Below, in pieces: positions 58,670-64,000 of a stretch of DNA of 64,000 nucleotides. Below the pieces are notes generated by a model. The model made no database searches. It was not told the DNA's origin and worked only from the letters and a program-made list of their open reading frames with translations. The position numbers were made by a program, and so were the translations under genes. The DNA is from Eledone cirrhosa (lineage: Eukaryota), in contig OZ024742.1 of assembly GCA_964016885.1 (NCBI GenBank), positions 330,956,001 through 331,020,000 of the forward strand, written 5' to 3'. The number at the start of each line of letters is the position of its first letter. Positions within the stretch are counted from its first letter, which is position 1.

Positions 58670-61600
58670 TTACAGACACATACTCAGAGTAGGCCCATTC
58701 ACTCGGGCCATTCTTGCCTCTCTCACCCATCTTTCAACAAAATGCTGGGAAGAGAGCACTTCCCTTTCTACCCTGATTTTCCCTTTTAAATGAAATTTGA
58801 AAAAGTTAATCAGGGCATCACCGAAGAGGTAAGTGCTCGTCTTCAGCCCTTTTAAACGTGTCCACCATACTATCTCTTTAGCCATGGCCACCATACAGAT
58901 AAAAGCTGCCTGCCCTTCCCGGCTAAAGGAAGAGGGTGGGGCAATCCTCACGATGGACTTTGGACACTGGACGAGTGCGTGCAGGACGGGTTCGTCGCCC
59001 TGCGCGCATCTCGGACATGCCCGGCTGACGGCACCTCCATGCTTGTAGAGTTTATCCCGAACTGGCAAGGCTCCTCGGTAGCACTGCCAGGCCAGAGATT
59101 TCTGGAAGTTGTCCATAGGTCCCGGCCCGAAATTTCTTCCGAAGAGATTGGCTAGTTGATTTTCGTCGACGCCTAGAGTTACCCCAAGTACGTCGTCGCT
59201 CTTCCCCTCCACTAATCCTCTATAGAACGCCAAGGTGGAGTTTCCACCGATCACATTGCCCGATTGGCCGAGGGCTGTGAGCGCCTGAAGACATTCCAGT
59301 TTCCAAGTGCTCCCTCTCGGTCTTCGCTTGACCCGGGATGCAGCTCCGTCAAGGAGACGAGCTGGGGAAAGACGCATCTAGCAAACGGCGACCACACCTG
59401 ATCACCGTCGAGGAAGAGGTGGAGATGTCGTAGCCTGAGCGCGTGTCTGCGCATCATCAGCCACGGCATGCACAGACCTACACGTAGCAGGTGTTGACAG
59501 ATGATGTACCGCCTGACCATCGGAGCGCGTCCCTTCCACAAAAAGCGAAAGAGCAAACGCTCCAGCGCAGTCAGGCGGGGCTTAGGACAAGTTACGACGG
59601 TCAGGCGTTAGTAGATGACGGACACGATATACACGTTAGCCACCTCCGCTCGACCCTTCAGAGATAGCTTCCTCTCCGCCCATTTCTGGGTGAGAGAAGC
59701 CACCCTGCTCGTCACCTCGTCCCAGTTTTTGTCCGTCTAGAGATCCGAACCGAACCAGACCCCGAGCAATTTAACCGGTCCGTCCGTCCAGCGCCCGACG
59801 AGCTTTTGTAAGGCATGGACCTGCCTCTCCAGTGGCCGAGCCTCAGGCCCACTGACTTTTACTGGTTGATCATTGCTCCTGTCAGCTTCGTATTCTCTAA
59901 GTGTAGTGCCGATCGTCTCGATGTGTTTGGCGTTCGACACCACTACGGTGACTTCGTCCTCATAAGCTGACACGGATCTTCCGCATCCTAGTTCGCGCGG
60001 ACCCCCTCAACGTCACCAGTTTGTGCAGTAATGGCTCTAGAGTCAATACGTACAAGAGGGACGAGAGGAGACATCCTTGGCGGACCGAACGCATGATGTT
60101 GAACTGCTCCGAAAGGTGACCGTTCACTCTCACCACAGAGCTGATGTCGCTGTGCATGGGAGCGATCCAGCCTCTGAAAACGGGCCCAAAGCATGCCGTC
60201 CACAGGACTGCCGCTAGGTAACGATGGAAGACCCTATCGAAAGCTTTCGACTGATCTAAATTGATGAAGATCCCACCCGTGCCAGATTCCCTAGCTACCC
60301 TCTCTACAATATATCGCATGAGGTGTAGGTTGTAGTGGATGGATCTGTCGGGAATGGCGCATGTCTGCGCCTCTCCCACCAGACCACCAACGACAAGCGC
60401 CAACCTCTTTGCTAGCACCTTGGACAAAATCTTGAACTCTGTGTTTAGTAGAGTTATGGGCCAAAAATTATCTATGTTATCCCCCTTGTTCGGATCATTT
60501 CTCAGCAGCGCCGCAGCTCCTCGGCTCACAGAGCTGGGAATTCTCCCGTTCTGTTGCCAGTTGCTGTAGACGTCCGCTAAGAGGCCTCCGAACAAGTCTG
60601 GCATCTGTACGTAAAGTTCATTGGGCAAACCATCCAAACCAGGCGATTTACCCCTTGTGCAGCCAGTCATTGCCTCCCGTACTTCAGCGGCTGTTATTGG
60701 TTTTTCGAAACACTCCGGCTCTGTGGCCGAGAGCCGCGGCAGTCCGTCGAGATAGAGACTAAAGTCCATCCCTCGATCCGGCCCACCGCTGCCCCCGAAC
60801 AACTGAGCGAAGTGGCGCTGAAAAGCTTCACACATTTGCCCGGGATCGAGTAGCATGCGTCCGTCGTGGTCCACCAAAGACGGGATCGTGGCTTCGTGGC
60901 CACGACGCGTCTCCACTACTGGGCCCATTGAACGGCTTTCGTCCCTTCGTGTCTGAGAGCACGCACCCTAGCTCTGACAACGCAGCCTTCGTGCTTTGCA
61001 TTGAAGAATTGGTCAAGGGCCAATTTCGCCGCAAGTACGTCGGTCGCGATGCCTTTGCTAAGCGCCTCGTCTAATTTTCTAACTAATTCTCCCTCTGCTC
61101 TATTTTTCTCTATTGCTAAAGCCTTACTAAACCTAATGGACTCTATTCTAATTGCTCTTTTCAGAGCAAACCACCACTTGTTGTTGACGATGGCCCCCGC
61201 GACGCCCGCTTAACTAGTTTGCTAATCCGGTCTCTGTAGGCCTTGCGCGCTGGAAAGGACGCGTTTAGCTTCCAGTAGCCGGGTCCTCGTCTATGAATCC
61301 TATATAAGTCAAGCACACAGATCACGAATTTGTGGTTCGTGTAGCTGACTATCTTTAATTGTGGACCGCCTATGCAAGACCTATCTATTTCTCTACAAAA
61401 TACTCTATCTAGATATGATCTGGATGACACTATGCGATTTGTCCAAGTCCACATTGGCACATTCGGGAAATCCAATCGGTACCTGTCAGACATTTCAAAA
61501 CGCCTGAGCAGGTTGGTTAGGCTCTAGCACCCTCCTCTCCTATCCGCTAATCCCACACAGTCCCAGCGTGCATCTAAGATCCTGTTCCCGTCGCCCACTA

Positions 61601-62012
61601 ACACTAAAGAGCGGGACGTTCCAAGAAAGGTCTCCAGACGCCGGAAGAAATCGGGTCGCTCTGCTTCTGTCGGGGCATAGGCGGCCATTAGCCCGAAAGC
61701 TTGCCCGTCTCCGCTGGTGACGTCTAGCACCATCAACTTACCTTCTGGATCGAGGAAGATGGCCCGTATGGCGAGATCAAAACCTCTCCGAAAAAGCACA
61801 GCAACTCCTCACCCCGATCCCGGACGGCTGGGAGATGCGTACACATCGTAGCCGCCGAAGATCGGTGCAAAAGGCCGTGCTTCGGAGATTCTGGTCTCGC
61901 TGATGGCCACTACATCTATGTTTAGAGACCAGAGGTCGTTGAGCAGGTGGCCCTGCTTCCTTGACTACTCCAAGCCACGCGCATTTCTTCTGCCTATTCT
62001 GAGTGACGTCAT
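58670..62012 (-). pseudogene. Tx1-like ORF2 (APE endonuclease, RT, CCHC), frameshifted
   Basis: NARGL..DVVAISET, AYAPT, LVGD.N, YLDRVF, YWKLN, KSPGLDGLP, PITLLN, DQSKAFD, VRQGC.LS, AYEDE (YADD-like), CPRC..HALVQC. Confidence 0.9.
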
Positions 62013-62324
62013 GGTGAAATGGCGTGGAAAAGATGGGAAAGACCACTTACCTTACTTCTCGTAGAGAAAGGATGGTGTTTCCATCCTTTTCACTGCTTGT
62101 GACCTCCTCCGGAAGGATGTCCTTATAAATCCTCCTGGAGAGTGTTTTTCGGAAGTCTCCGATGTCTTTGGGTTATTATTGTTTTAGTTTCGTGTACGTT
62201 TTCTGTGTGATGCGAATGATTTGTATGTGTGGAGGAGGTGTGAACTTTTGGGTTGCTGTGTAGTCTTTTTCTGTGATGCTGGTGTGGTGTTGCATGTAGT
62301 GTAATAATTGGTTGTTGTTTAAAT

Positions 62325-62430
62325 GTAATAGTTTCTACGTTAGGTACAAGGCCAGCAATTCCATCAGTGTATTACTGGTACTTTATTTTATCGACCCCGT
62401 AAGGATGAAAGGCAAGGTTAACCTCGGCGG
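62325..62430 (-). mobile_element. Truncated SINE inserted inside the Tx1-like element
   Basis: Same core and tail as 27750-27932. Confidence 0.85.
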
Positions 62431-62738
62431 GATAATGATGTGTAGTGTGTATCGTTTTGGTTGTTTTGTTTTGTTTGAGTTTGTTGTGGGTTTGTTTCTG
62501 TTACGCTTTTTGGTGACTTTTGTGGTGTTGGTGATGGTGGTGTTGGGGTTTATGATGGTGATGGTGTTGGTGTTTGGGGTGATGGGGTTGGTGATGCTTG
62601 TGTGGATGGTGGCATATATGTCATAACTTTTTTGTTTGATAATTTATTTGTTTATCTCTGTATTTTGTTTTTGGAGGGGGAAGGAAGAGAATTTTTTTCT
62701 TTTTTGGTTTCTTTTTTTCTTTTTTTCTGATACTGTTC

Positions 62739-63846
62739 TCACTCCTCGTCGTCACAATCTGTCAGCAGTTGCGATAAGCCGGGGAATGGAAAATTCTCCA
62801 CAGGCGTTGGTTTTGGTTGTGGCGTGGTGGATGTTGTAGGCGCTGGTGCTAGTTCTGGCGCGTTGGGTGGTGGTGGTGTTGGTTTTACTACAGTAGCTGG
62901 GGTTGTTGCTGTTACAGTTGCTTCTGTTGTTGCTACTACAATTGTTGCTGCCATTTCTGCTGCAGGTGGTGTTGATGGTTGAGTCACTGGGGTGGGTAAG
63001 AGAGGTGGCCTCAACCTTTTAGCCTGAGGGCAGAAAGCCCTTAGGTGGGTTCCTTCACCACAAACGACACACCTAGGCCTTCTGCCCTCGACGATGACGG
63101 TGAGGTGGCTGCCGTCAGTGAGGTCTAATACCTCTGGGATCTCCTCAATGCTTTTATGGTCCGCTTGAATCAGGAGCTCCATCCCAGATCTGGACCAGTC
63201 CTCCTGCTTTTCCTTCGCTATTTCAATTATCTTGGTGTTGGCCTCAATGCCGGCGAGGACGGCAGCCATTAGCCAGGGAATTTTGATGGCCGGTGGAACG
63301 TGGGTCACCCTGTCTTCACAAGTCTCTGGCCACAATAACTTGGGACGAGTGTGAAGTCGTCACTTCTTAATGGAGCCATGGAGTGTTATCTGGCCTCCTG
63401 TGGTGTTTCAAAGAACACGTCCACGGTTCCATATTTCTGGCCACGTCTGATGTGGGGTTTTTTTGCCCACACATGTCCCAAAGCTTTTTGGATTTGGGAC
63501 TCGGATGCCCATTCCAGTCGGCGCGATTTTATGTTAATTTTCCTATAAGACACGGTACATAGGCGACGATGCTCCATTTTATTAGGTGTGTGGGTGGGAG
63601 TGGGGGGAGGCTGGCCCTGTAGCCATCTGTCTTTACCGTTCCTTTGGCTTCTTCTAATTCCTCCTGAGTTACCTGGATCGCTTCGCACGTTTTTGCTACT
63701 CCGGCAAAACTCAGGGTAGTTTTCTTAATTTCATCGTTGCTGTTGTTGTTAGCGTTATTTTTGTTATTGTTAATTTTAGTTTCAGTTGTGGTGGTGGTGG
63801 CGTCAGTGGTGTTCGGTGTGGAAGAGTTCATTTTGGTTGAATTCAT
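62739..63846 (-). pseudogene. Tx1-like ORF1 (gag-like nucleic-acid-binding protein), frameshifted
   Basis: SFAGVAK N-terminal motif, RRM-like segment, CVVCGEGTHLRAFCP knuckle, Pro/Thr-rich tail. Confidence 0.8.
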
Positions 63847-64000
63847 TTCGATATCACGAGTTAATTTATGTTTTTCTTTTGTTTCTGTTGTCGCTGTGCT
63901 GGTGGTGGGGTGGCGGCTTTAACACCTGCAGTCATTGGTAATGGCGGGTAATGAACGTCTGCCTGAGTCAAATTTAAAATATTGCTAATGCTTACATTTC

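Larger units (their letters stand above)
58419..63870 (-). mobile_element. Near full-length Tx1-like (L1 superfamily) LINE, two-ORF structure, decayed
   Basis: ORF1 with CCHC knuckle, ORF2 APE-RT-zinc finger, AATAAA before the (TTA)n end; 5' boundary uncertain. Confidence 0.92.

Overview
AT-rich, microsatellite-dense eukaryotic DNA with no intact host gene that I can support. The SINE/LINE repertoire and (AT)n density suggest a cephalopod mollusc (inference). Most of the window is transposon relics: R4/Dong-like and Tx1-like non-LTR elements clustered in (AAT)n tracts, RTE LINEs, two back-to-back Helitrons, tRNA-derived SINEs and many Penelope-like element (PLE) relics. Two things are not explained by the ORF track. 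(1) About 13.9-19.4 kb on the - strand holds two head-to-tail, intronless, very diverged and stop-riddled copies of a PDS5-like cohesin regulator gene, recognised by hand translation against PDS5A/B motifs recalled from memory. (2) There are about 12 hammerhead ribozyme (HHR) motifs with intact CUGANGA/GAAA cores, plus degenerate ones, from several unrelated families. Some show compensatory base changes. They sit in foldback, inverted or tandem elements, including a 424-bp retrozyme-like tandem repeat. All alignments and folds were done by eye, and the boundaries of decayed elements are approximate.
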